A DNA stretch of 64,000 nt from Candidatus Woesearchaeota archaeon. GTDB lineage: Archaea > Nanobdellota > Nanobdellia > Woesearchaeales > JAGVZT01. The stretch's first letter is position 1. The number at the start of each line of letters is the position of its first letter. The translations under genes were made by a program, and so were the position numbers. This document shows, piece after piece, positions 47,501 through 56,073 of this stretch. The stretch lies in the NCBI GenBank assembly GCA_043812815.1, contig JBDRLT010000037.1, positions 16,965 to 80,964 on the forward strand, read 5' to 3'. The notes below the pieces were generated by a model. That model was not told where the DNA came from. It saw nothing but the letters and a program-made list of their open reading frames with translations, and made no database searches.

Positions 47501-48439
47501 CTAGGGTTTCTTCTTTTTCTTAATCTTCTTGATCTCTTTCTCAAGGTCAAGCCTGTCAAGCAGCTCTTTGTATCTATTCCTTATGGTAACCTCTGTAACC
47601 CCAGCCACATCAGCCACTTCTCTCTGTGTGCGCTTCTCGCCATGGATTAAAGCGCTAACATACAACGCAGCAGCTGCAATTCCTGTTGGCCCTCTCCCTG
47701 ATGTAAGCTCAGCCTCCTGCGCCATATCCAAAATCTCTACAGCTTTGCTTTGAGTCTCAGGGCTAAGCTTCAATGCAGAAGCAAACCTGGCAATATAATC
47801 TGAGGGATTTGAAGGCATAATCTTGATGCCAAGTTCCCTAGTTACAAACCTGTATGTCCGGCCAATCTCTTTCTTCTCAATCCCAGAAGCCTCACTCAGC
47901 TCATCTAAAGTACGAGGAACCTCATGGCGCCTGCAGGCAGCATACAAAGCCCCTGCAACAACACTCTCCATTGATCTTCCCCTGACAAGCCCGCGCTGCA
48001 CTGCCAATGTATAAATCCTTGCAGCCTCCTCCTCAACAGATTTGGGTAGCTTCAGATAAGATGCAACCCTCTTCAGTTCAGCCAGTGCGAGCTTCAAATT
48101 TCGCTCAATAGCAGTTGAAATCCTGTACTGCCACTTTCTCAGCCTGAAGAATTTGTTGCGCTCCTTTTTGCCAAGCTGGTTCAAATCAGATTTTCTGCCA
48201 ACCTCAGTGCCCAGCCCCTGATCAAACTGGGTGTAGGTCATTGGAGCCCCGCCTCGTCTCCTTCTATCCCCATCGTCAGAATCAAACTCGCGCCATTCCT
48301 GGCCGAAATCAATCATCTTGTCTTCAACAACAAGCCCGCAATCCTTACAGATAATCTCTCCCTTCTCCTTATTCCAGAAAAGGTTAATACCACCACACTC
48401 AGGACATTTCTTAATATATAGCTGATTCATGTTAACCAC
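47501..48439 (-). CDS. tfb: transcription initiation factor IIB (TFB)
   Basis: N-terminal Zn ribbon CPECGG...CKDCG, B-reader, two cyclin repeats. Confidence 0.9.
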   Translation of the reverse strand: MVNMNQLYIKKCPECGGINLFWNKEKGEIICKDCGLVVEDKMIDFGQEWREFDSDDGDRRRRGGAPMTYTQFDQGLGTEVGRKSDLNQLGKKERNKFFRLRKWQYRISTAIERNLKLALAELKRVASYLKLPKSVEEEAARIYTLAVQRGLVRGRSMESVVAGALYAACRRHEVPRTLDELSEASGIEKKEIGRTYRFVTRELGIKIMPSNPSDYIARFASALKLSPETQSKAVEILDMAQEAELTSGRGPTGIAAAALYVSALIHGEKRTQREVADVAGVTEVTIRNRYKELLDRLDLEKEIKKIKKKKKP

Positions 48440-48571
48440 CTAAACCTCCACCCAACCCCCAACTATAATTATTCAATGATTACAATAATTTTATAAAGAG
48501 TAGCCCGAATTAGTTTATAAACCTTTTGGTTTTGGGAAAGATTTAAAAGCCAAATCACGTATTTTTCATGC
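48440..48571. promoter_or_regulatory. divergent AT-rich promoter region (TATA-like boxes about 25-27 bp upstream of both tfb and the trm112-like ORF; likely leaderless transcripts)
   Basis: TTTAAAAG at 48541-48548 lies 24 bp upstream of ATG 48572. ATAATTATAG at about 48460-48470 lies 27 bp upstream of the tfb ATG on the opposite strand. Confidence 0.35.
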
Positions 48572-48718
48572 ATGATGCTTAAAGTCCTAGCATGCCCTTC
48601 CTGCAAGAAACCACTGATAATTGTGAATAAAGGGCTCAAATGCACCGCATGCCAGCAAAGCTATCCAATCAAACAAGGCATACCGCTTCTCATGCCAAAA
48701 TCTTTAAAAACAAGATAG
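48572..48718 (+). CDS. Trm112-like small zinc-ribbon protein (48 aa; below the ORF-track size cutoff)
   Basis: MMLKVLACPSCKKPLIIVNKGLKCTACQQSYPIKQGIPLLMPKSLKTR matches the Trm112/UPF0434 pattern L..LACPxCKxxL...L.CxxCxxxYPIxxGIPxML. Confidence 0.6.
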   Translation: MMLKVLACPSCKKPLIIVNKGLKCTACQQSYPIKQGIPLLMPKSLKTR

Positions 48719-48736
48719 GCTCCCGCAATTATCCAA

Positions 48737-48832
48737 GCCGAGGTCGCATAACCTGGTATCGCGCTGGCCTTGAGACCATGCATGCAAGCCAGTTTCCTTC
48801 GGGATTTCTGGGTTCAAATCCCAGCCTCGGCG
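48737..48832 (+). tRNA. tRNA-Ser(TGA), class II (long variable arm), with a 12-nt intron adjacent to the anticodon loop
   Basis: Acceptor GCCGAGG/CCTCGGC. D-loop AACCTGGTA. Anticodon stem CTGGC/GCCAG enclosing CTTGAGA plus 12 nt CCATGCATGCAA. Variable arm TTTCCTTCGGGATTT. T-arm CTGGG-TTCAAAT-CCCAG. Discriminator G. Confidence 0.6.
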
Positions 48833-48833
48833 T

Positions 48834-49659
48834 CCAAACCACTAGATATGAAAGCATCAATTCCCAAAGAAGGCTTGATTCTGGCTGGAAGGTATTTATG
48901 CAGCTCGTTATAAGAAATGTCACCCACAACTGTATTTACGACTATTTCTTCTCTTTCAATACAACACAATAAAATATATATAGTGAAGGTACCCCCATAC
49001 CAAGCAGGAAGCAACAAGGATAATTTTGGGATTAAAATGAGCGAAGAATATCATAAACCATCCGAAGGGGAAGAATTCATTAAAGAGTTTCTAGAAGAAA
49101 AGGGTATCTCGTTTGAGGAACAGAAAAAGATTCACCTTGAAGGAGATTCATATAGTTGTAGATATGTTGATTTTTATTTACCTTTTTATGAGGTATATAT
49201 TGAATTTCTAGGCAGACAAAACAATCAGAAGGATAGGGAGAGGTATTTAGAAAAGAAAATAGTGTATGCAAAGAACACAGTTCCTTGTATCTATATCTAT
49301 CCAGAGAATTTGGGGATACTCAAGTTTATATTTAGGAAAAGACTTTAAGAGGTTCTCCATAAAAATGAGGTAAGGAACAAAACTGCAAAACTCATTTGGT
49401 ACTGGTATCAAGAAAATGTTAGAGATAATATAGGAGGACTTATTCTCATTGGAGGCATATTTTATTGGGTACAGACCCATGGTAAATCAGTAGTGGATAA
49501 ATGGATATTGCTCGTTGGTGCAGTATTGCTGATTGTTCGTATGATGTGGACAATTAAAGAAGTGCTCCAAAAACCTAAATGGATGGGAAACCCAATAAAA
49601 GCAAGTACTAAAAAATAAGCGGCTCCAGGCATACTGATCAGTATTCCAAGCCTCGGCGT
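48834..49659. mobile_element. putative integrated-element remnant: AT-rich segment bounded by the tRNA-Ser 3' end and an 11-bp direct repeat of it (AGCCTCGGCGT at 48823-48833 and 49649-49659)
   Basis: The exact 11-mer repeats 816 bp downstream of the tRNA. The interval is markedly AT-richer than its flanks and encodes only a DUF559-like nuclease. Confidence 0.35.
49038..49348 (+). CDS. DUF559/Vsr-like PD-(D/E)xK endonuclease-domain protein
   Basis: YSCRYVDFYLPFYEVYIEFLGRQNNQKDRERYLEKKIVYAKNTVPCIYI fits the DUF559 core (D...E.x.IE.xG...D..R...L). The ORF is listed from 48917; a Met at 49038 with upstream AT-rich sequence is more likely. Confidence 0.4.
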
Positions 49660-49876
49660 TTTTTTGAAACGGCGATAAAAAAATAAAAAAAAGTTAAAAG
49701 TTACGGTTTATTTACTCTTCCTGGTCATCGCCAAAGCTATCATTACCCTCATCATCATCATATGCCATGCAGGACACCTCCTTTGCTTTTATTCCCAATT
49801 GGAGCTGAAATCACTGCTTTTTTGTGCCCCCAATGCACCTCGCTGATGCACACAGCTTATATATATACTTTTCCCC

Positions 49877-50677
49877 TTATTTGCACACATCAAAGAAATC
49901 GCACTGGCCTGAACCCCACTTGCAAAGTGGGCTTTCAGCTTTTGGGTAATCCTTAATATCCTTTGACCTGTTAACAGAATGGATAAATTCAACCTCCTTT
50001 TTTGCCAAAGCGAGCAACTCAGAATCCACATCAAGCAGCTGCTCACCAAACTTCAGGAAATTTATCCCCACTTTTCCAGGAAGATCCCCATGCCTCTCAT
50101 AATAAAGCAGACAATATATAGCAAGCTGCAACCTGTAAGAATCACTAATCTCTGCACTCTTACTTGTCTTATAATCCATAAGAATCACTTGATCAGCAAT
50201 CCTATGTATCGCATCAACAAACCCCTGAACACCATGCTTTGCAGATTTGTAATAGACCTCTGTCCTAGGCTGCAGTTCAACAAAAGCAATGGCAACCGGC
50301 TTTCCCAAATCCTTAATTTTCTTGACAAAACCCCGCCAGAAATTCTCAATCATAAACACAGACTCCCTTCTGTAATACTCCAGCATCTGCTCGCCCAGCA
50401 TAAAAGACTCCAGCTCCTCCTGCTTACTCTGCCAGCTTTTATCAAAAAGATCCAGAAGAATAATCCTCAGCTCCTCCTCCCAGTTCGTAAGATTAACCTG
50501 TTTTATATCCAGCTTGAAAAACTGTTCCAGAGCCTCATGCACTGCCTTGCCTCTCACCAGATGGATGCTTGCAACAGTGGGCAGACTGAGAATGTACTGG
50601 TAATAATATTTTCGCGGACACTGTTTGTAAGTGTTGATAGAGCTTGGACTTTCTATCCTGGCAAAATCCCTTGGCAT
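49877..50677 (-). CDS. Cas4-like / RecB-family PD-(D/E)xK nuclease with predicted 4Fe-4S cluster (solo; no CRISPR nearby)
   Basis: N-terminal YKQCPRKYYYQY (the CPR motif), nuclease motif ILMDYKTSK, and a C-terminal CKWGSGQCDFFDVC Cys triad. The ORF is listed from 50764. Confidence 0.55.
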   Translation of the reverse strand: MPRDFARIESPSSINTYKQCPRKYYYQYILSLPTVASIHLVRGKAVHEALEQFFKLDIKQVNLTNWEEELRIILLDLFDKSWQSKQEELESFMLGEQMLEYYRRESVFMIENFWRGFVKKIKDLGKPVAIAFVELQPRTEVYYKSAKHGVQGFVDAIHRIADQVILMDYKTSKSAEISDSYRLQLAIYCLLYYERHGDLPGKVGINFLKFGEQLLDVDSELLALAKKEVEFIHSVNRSKDIKDYPKAESPLCKWGSGQCDFFDVCK

Positions 50678-50811
50678 GGCGTTAGGGAAACATTGTGCAA
50701 TTATAAGTATTTGGGTTCTGTACCCATATCCCCTGCTGCAGAGGCTCAGCTTTGTCCTCTGCAATCACCCAAACATTTTTAAATAAGCAAGGATTCCATG
50801 GGACTACCAAA

Positions 50812-51240
50812 ATGGTTAAAGTCTATGATGTGGACCCTGCAGAGCTTATTACCAAAACAGCAGAAGCACTCAAAAAAATAGGGGAAATCAAACCACCCGT
50901 TTGGGCTCCATTTGTTAAAACAGGCATGCACAAAGAGCGGCAGCCAACCCAGGATGACTGGTGGTACGTCAGAACAGCAGCTCTGCTTAGGACAATATAC
51001 TCCAGAGGCCCAATCGGAGTTTCAAAGCTGAGAACAAAATATGGCGGCCGGAAGAACAGAGGCCACAAAACAGAACACACCTACAAAGGTTCAGGTTCAA
51101 TAATCCGCAAAGCACTCCAGCAGCTCGAAAAAGCTGAACTTATCAAGCAAACCCAAATAGGGGTGCACAAAGGCCGCGTGGTAACTCCAAAAGGCCAATC
51201 CCTTTTGGATAAGATTAGCACTGAGCTCAAACATGAGTGA
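50812..51240 (+). CDS. rps19e: 30S ribosomal protein S19e
   Basis: [22 protein letters not shown]...[17 protein letters not shown]...[14 protein letters not shown]. The ORF is listed from 50752. Confidence 0.8.
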   Translation: MVKVYDVDPAELITKTAEALKKIGEIKPPVWAPFVKTGMHKERQPTQDDWWYVRTAALLRTIYSRGPIGVSKLRTKYGGRKNRGHKTEHTYKGSGSIIRKALQQLEKAELIKQTQIGVHKGRVVTPKGQSLLDKISTELKHE

Positions 51241-51538
51241 CCTTGACGAGCTGAGACAAAGAAAACTCCAGGAGATCCAGCAGGCTTTCCAGGAGCAACA
51301 GGAAACTCAGAAGCAAATAGGCGAGCTGGAAGCGGTTGTCAAAACAAGGCTAACAAAAGATGCGTTGCAGCGGTATGGTAACATTAAAGCAGCCTACCCA
51401 GACAAAGCAGTCCAGCTTCTGGTCATCATCGGCCAGGCAATTCAGAATCAAAACATCACACAGATCACAGATGCGCAACTCAAAGATTTGCTTTTAAGGC
51501 TTTCACCAAAAAAGGAATTCACAATCAGGCGAAAATAA
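51233..51538 (+). CDS. PDCD5/TFAR19-like dsDNA-binding protein
   Basis: [17 protein letters not shown]...[20 protein letters not shown]. The conserved S19e - DNA-binding protein - L39e - L31e order is preserved. Confidence 0.7.
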   Translation: MSDLDELRQRKLQEIQQAFQEQQETQKQIGELEAVVKTRLTKDALQRYGNIKAAYPDKAVQLLVIIGQAIQNQNITQITDAQLKDLLLRLSPKKEFTIRRK

Positions 51539-51711
51539 TGGCAACATTCAAACATTTAAGCAAAAAATTGCGCTTGGCAAAGAAGCAGCTCCAAACCAGA
51601 TGGGCACCATTTTGGACAGTCTTCAAAAAATACGGCCAGGGTAGAAAAGTGCACCCAGGCAGGCACACAGCTGTGAAAAGGCACTGGCGCAGAACAAAGA
51701 CAAAGGCATAA
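51538..51711 (+). CDS. rpl39e: 50S ribosomal protein L39e (57 aa; not in the ORF track)
   Basis: Translation [57 protein letters not shown]. Confidence 0.75.
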   Translation: MATFKHLSKKLRLAKKQLQTRWAPFWTVFKKYGQGRKVHPGRHTAVKRHWRRTKTKA

Positions 51712-51712
51712 A

Positions 51713-52261
51713 ATGGAACGCACTTACAACATCCCGCTAAGAAGAGAATTCCAGAAAGTGGCTAAGCATAGGCGGGCCAAAAGAGCAATTGCAGCCCTTC
51801 GCGCGTTTATTTCTAAACATATGAAGTCAGCAGATATTAGAATTGGCAAGCATCTTAATCAGCACATATGGGAACAGGGCATGAGAAATCCACCCCATCA
51901 TGTTAAGGTCAATCTAACCAAAGAGGACAGCGGTATTGTTAAGGCAGAGCTCTTTGGCAAAAAGTATGAGGAATTGACCAAAGAGGACATTGAAAAACTC
52001 AGGGAGAAGGCTGAAAAGAAACCTGAGAAAGCCAAGTCAGAGAAACCAGAAACCTCTGCTGAGCCGGTTAAGGAAAAACCTGAAAAGCCAGAGAAAACAG
52101 AACATAAACAACCTGGAAAAAACGTGGAAAAACCGAAGACAAATGCAGAACCACTGAAGGTGGTCAAAGAAAAATCAAGCCAGCCAGATAAGCCAAAAAC
52201 AGCCAAAACAGAAAAACCCGCTTCAAAACCAAGCCTTAGAAAAAGAAAAACAGCAAAATAG
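51713..52261 (+). CDS. rpl31e: 50S ribosomal protein L31e with a long Lys/Pro/Glu-rich C-terminal extension
   Basis: MERTYNIPLRREFQKVAKHRRAKRAIAALRAFI...NPPHHVKVNL, followed by about 90 aa of KPEK/EKPK repeats. Confidence 0.75.
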   Translation: MERTYNIPLRREFQKVAKHRRAKRAIAALRAFISKHMKSADIRIGKHLNQHIWEQGMRNPPHHVKVNLTKEDSGIVKAELFGKKYEELTKEDIEKLREKAEKKPEKAKSEKPETSAEPVKEKPEKPEKTEHKQPGKNVEKPKTNAEPLKVVKEKSSQPDKPKTAKTEKPASKPSLRKRKTAK

Positions 52262-52321
52262 TTTCTATAACAAAAGTTTTATATATTGACTATCCGAGAA
52301 ATAATCCAAGAAGGTGGATAG

Positions 52322-52762
52322 ATGCAGCGAGACAACACAGCATATTTCTTCATAGCACTAGTCGTGGCAATTGCCTCTCTCCTGCTATTCAGCCCCAGGA
52401 CTATCACCCGAACACTTTCTGGGAAAGCCACCGGAACCCTGGTTTTTGATACAGGTGTTGCAGAAATGTTGACTGGCACTGACCACTATAGTGAGATTAT
52501 CTTCAAACCTGCAGCAGCCATGACAGTGGCCACCATCAAACCAGAGATAGCCGCATGTACAGGAACATGCCATTACGAAGTAAAAATATATAATATGCAG
52601 GGAACGCTTTTGGCGAATGATACCTCCTCAAGCACTAATCCAGAGCAGATCTTCGGGGACTTCACCTCAATTACATTAACCGCAAACACTCAATACAACA
52701 TAACCCAGCACATCTGGAGCACAGGCTCTGTCAGTGTTTATGCAACCGGGGTGGATGAGTGA
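52322..52762 (+). CDS. small secreted/membrane-anchored hypothetical protein
   Basis: N-terminal TM YFFIALVVAIASLLLF, with a Thr/Ser-rich remainder. Confidence 0.4.
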   Translation: MQRDNTAYFFIALVVAIASLLLFSPRTITRTLSGKATGTLVFDTGVAEMLTGTDHYSEIIFKPAAAMTVATIKPEIAACTGTCHYEVKIYNMQGTLLANDTSSSTNPEQIFGDFTSITLTANTQYNITQHIWSTGSVSVYATGVDE

Positions 52763-55236
52763 TACGTCTCAAATTTAGATATACAATCTTGCTCTTCTTA
52801 GTATCCTTATGGATGATACAATCCTCTTTAGCTGTCTGCGAAGATAGGAGTGGGCCTCCCTGGAGTATGACAAGTGGTACCTATGAATGCTGTCACGGCC
52901 TAGTCTGCGAGGAGGGAGATATTACCCAGACATATAGACTATGCAACTATGAGGGGGGTTATTACCTAGAGGAGGGAGAGTGGGTTTTGCATTCCCACTT
53001 ACATCAAGCATGCGACTGCGGATGCACCGGTGCCGCATGCAACAATTGTTCTTGCACAACAGCAAGCGACCCGGCATGTGATGACGATAACGTATGCACT
53101 GACGACTCATGCGATATTGCTAATGGCAAGTGCGTCAATACTGATTCAGGTGAATGTGAATGCAGAACAGCAAACGACCCGTGTGATGATAATAACAGAT
53201 GCACTGATGACTCATGCAATATGCAAACAGGTACGTGCAATAACACCAGAAACTGGAAAGGTTGTGATGACCTTAATAATTGCACTAACCAGGATCGGTG
53301 CGATTATAATTCAGAATGTATAGGCCAGCCTATCTGTGCAGGCAATAATACAGAATGCGGCTGCTCCGCATGTACTAACTGCAATAGCCTAGATAATGTT
53401 AGTGAACCATATTGCAAAGAAGGAGATGTTTTCAAGCAACAAGATGATTACAGCTGTGCCAATATGACCTGCGAAAAAACCACCCAGGAAATTCTCCTAG
53501 AAGAATGCACAGACGGTTGTGCAGAGGGCACATGCTCTCAATCAGCAGATATCATAAACACAAATGCTCAAGGTGAATATACCACAATAATCACAACCAC
53601 AGACTCAGTAGACCAAACCAGCAAAGGCGCTATTGCGTTCACCCTTTTTGCAGCTGCTAACTCAGGCGGTGGTTCAGGCGGAGGAGGCTCTGGAGGTTCA
53701 ACCCAATTAAAGACAGAATGTGTCGGAAATAATAGAAACAAAGGTTGCGGAATCCTTGAATACCTAAGCACCCAACCAACAGATCCCGAATTTCCAATAT
53801 TCAACAACACAGCAAACACAACTCTAATCACCTACAGCCACAACCTCAAAGTCCTCATCCAGGCTCATCAGAAAAATCTCACCTTCACCCAATTCATAGA
53901 GGAGGTGCTGCTTCCATACGAACAACTCAACCAACTAAGCCTTAGGGCAACCACAGCCAATGGCTCTAGAATATTCTGCGGAGAAGAGAACCAAGACGAA
54001 TTTGTGTGTCTTTGGCCATCCAATAACATAGTGGTAATGCTATACATTAAATCAGAATACCAAGAACAAGGCCCTGAACTGGTTTACAGCATTGACAAAA
54101 TAAAAGCAGTATACGCAGGCCAATTCCCTTCAATAATCCCAACAGACAAATGCCTTGACTCAGATGACGGCCTCAAATACTATCAGAAAGGAACCCTCAA
54201 ATTTGGATATTACACAGAAGAAGACTACTGCCAGCTGAAATACCCTGCATCCCCAGTCAACAAATCAAAGAGAGTAACCCAATGCAGTGAGGAGCAAGGC
54301 TGCTACCTCATTGAAAACTACTGCATAGATGACAACTATCTTGCAAGATCGAAAGCATACAAATGCAACGATGGCTGCAGGAACGGAGCATGCAATCCAG
54401 AAGGCTGTGTTGATACAGACACTGGCAAAGACTATTACACCCAGGGCACAGTATCATTTATGGGTGAGGATGAGGCAGACCGCTGCTACAACCTCAACAT
54501 TTTAATCGAAACCTACTGCTCACAAGGCAAAAAAGAGGATATTAGTTTCACATGTCCATATGGATGTGACAGAGGTGCATGCCTTCTGAAATGCAAAGAG
54601 ACAGACGCAGGGCTCGACTACAATAAGAAGGGAAATGTAACCTATAACCGGCAGGTATTCAAAGACACATGCCTTGACTCCGAGCAGCTCAGAGAATGGT
54701 ATTGCGACCAAACCCAGAATGCCACAAGCCAAACCCACCAGTGCATAAGTCATGACTGCAGAAACGATGCCTGCCAGCCTATCAGTTTGGATCACTATCC
54801 CTTGCCATTCATGGACAGCACCTTCAAGGCCCTTGTTGTGGTCGGTGAGCATTCAGATGATCTCCCGCTGGCAAAACAGATCATCACCGGCTTTGGTATC
54901 CCAAATTTCAAAAATATCACCAACGACACCAAAATAACCAATTTCAGAACAAAGAACCTTATTGTTATCGGTGATGAAAACTTCAACAGTGTGACTGCTC
55001 AGCTGTTGGTTAACTACCCATCCAAGAAGCTGCAGCTAACAACAGGCGAGGCAATTATCAGGCTCTACAACCACTCATCTGGATTCTACACCTTGCTTAT
55101 CGCAGGCTACACTCAAGCAGACCTAGAGCGGGCTGTTGGTGTCCTTATAAATTGCCAGAATTGTGTTGGGTTTACAGGGATGGAAATAATAGTAAAGCAA
55201 GGACCTGAGAACCACCCAATCCTTAATCCTACTTAA
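52759..55236 (+). CDS. secreted cysteine-rich repeat protein (CDDxNxCTDDSC-type repeats)
   Basis: Signal peptide. Repeats ACDDDNVCTDDSCDIANGKCVN and PCDDNNRCTDDSCNMQTGTCNN. G/S linker GGGSGGGGSGGS. Many additional paired Cys in the C-terminal half. Confidence 0.55.
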   Translation: MIRLKFRYTILLFLVSLWMIQSSLAVCEDRSGPPWSMTSGTYECCHGLVCEEGDITQTYRLCNYEGGYYLEEGEWVLHSHLHQACDCGCTGAACNNCSCTTASDPACDDDNVCTDDSCDIANGKCVNTDSGECECRTANDPCDDNNRCTDDSCNMQTGTCNNTRNWKGCDDLNNCTNQDRCDYNSECIGQPICAGNNTECGCSACTNCNSLDNVSEPYCKEGDVFKQQDDYSCANMTCEKTTQEILLEECTDGCAEGTCSQSADIINTNAQGEYTTIITTTDSVDQTSKGAIAFTLFAAANSGGGSGGGGSGGSTQLKTECVGNNRNKGCGILEYLSTQPTDPEFPIFNNTANTTLITYSHNLKVLIQAHQKNLTFTQFIEEVLLPYEQLNQLSLRATTANGSRIFCGEENQDEFVCLWPSNNIVVMLYIKSEYQEQGPELVYSIDKIKAVYAGQFPSIIPTDKCLDSDDGLKYYQKGTLKFGYYTEEDYCQLKYPASPVNKSKRVTQCSEEQGCYLIENYCIDDNYLARSKAYKCNDGCRNGACNPEGCVDTDTGKDYYTQGTVSFMGEDEADRCYNLNILIETYCSQGKKEDISFTCPYGCDRGACLLKCKETDAGLDYNKKGNVTYNRQVFKDTCLDSEQLREWYCDQTQNATSQTHQCISHDCRNDACQPISLDHYPLPFMDSTFKALVVVGEHSDDLPLAKQIITGFGIPNFKNITNDTKITNFRTKNLIVIGDENFNSVTAQLLVNYPSKKLQLTTGEAIIRLYNHSSGFYTLLIAGYTQADLERAVGVLINCQNCVGFTGMEIIVKQGPENHPILNPT

Positions 55237-55237
55237 G

Positions 55238-56035
55238 ATGGTATTCGAACAGCTTTTCAGAGAAAGGTGGCTTGAAAAAAAGCCGCGGCATGCATTTCTG
55301 CTTGCAGTGATCTGCTCGCTCATTGGCATTGTTAGCGCTCTCTTCATCTTCGGATCAAACCCCGGGCTGATGTCCGTGGCATTCACCTCGCTCCTGCTGC
55401 TGCCCACACTCAACATACTGCTCTCTCATGAGGAGAATGTAGAAATCAGAGAAAACAAGCTCTCGTTGCATATGCTTTTCAAAGACCACAAAGATATATT
55501 TGAGATATATATCTTTCTGTTCCTTGGGATCTTCACAGCATATTCCCTAATAGCTCTCCTATCACCCCACTCTCAAGCCATCTTCACAGAACAGCTGGCT
55601 GTGGCAGGTCTGGCAGGCTCTGCACTCAATCCTCAATTTATCAAGACAGTGCTCCTCAACAACCTGGCAGTACTATTCTGGTGCTTTGCACTCAGCCTTG
55701 TTTACGGCGCAGGATCGATTCTCTTCTTAACATGGAATGCCTCTGCATGGGGTGTTATCTTCGGTTATATCGCAAGACACTCTGCAGCATCAACCAACCA
55801 ATCACCCCTAATCGCATTTGCCATCACCATACTTCCAATTCTCCCGCACATGATAACCGAAGCTGCATCATACATCTCAGCTGCAATTGTTGGTGGAGTA
55901 GTCTCAAAAGCTGCCCTAAGAGAGGACTTAGGTTCCAAGAAATTCAACCATGTAATCACAGATGCACTGATCTTTTGTGTAATAGCATTAGTACTAGTGT
56001 TTATTGCTGCAATAATCGAATCACTTGTCTTCTAA
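55238..56035 (+). CDS. SpoIIM-like / DUF95 integral membrane protein
   Basis: 6 TM. LPHMITEAASYISAAIVGG resembles the DUF95 LPHGIxExxA motif. Confidence 0.5.
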   Translation: MVFEQLFRERWLEKKPRHAFLLAVICSLIGIVSALFIFGSNPGLMSVAFTSLLLLPTLNILLSHEENVEIRENKLSLHMLFKDHKDIFEIYIFLFLGIFTAYSLIALLSPHSQAIFTEQLAVAGLAGSALNPQFIKTVLLNNLAVLFWCFALSLVYGAGSILFLTWNASAWGVIFGYIARHSAASTNQSPLIAFAITILPILPHMITEAASYISAAIVGGVVSKAALREDLGSKKFNHVITDALIFCVIALVLVFIAAIIESLVF

Positions 56036-56073
56036 GCATAAACTTAATAAACGCGCATTAATCAACAAATGCC

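Noticed and set aside
49979-50782. 267-aa plus-strand ORF
   Set aside because: It is antisense to the Cas4-like nuclease gene, which carries recognisable CPR/DYK/Cys-triad motifs. The plus-strand translation is low-complexity.
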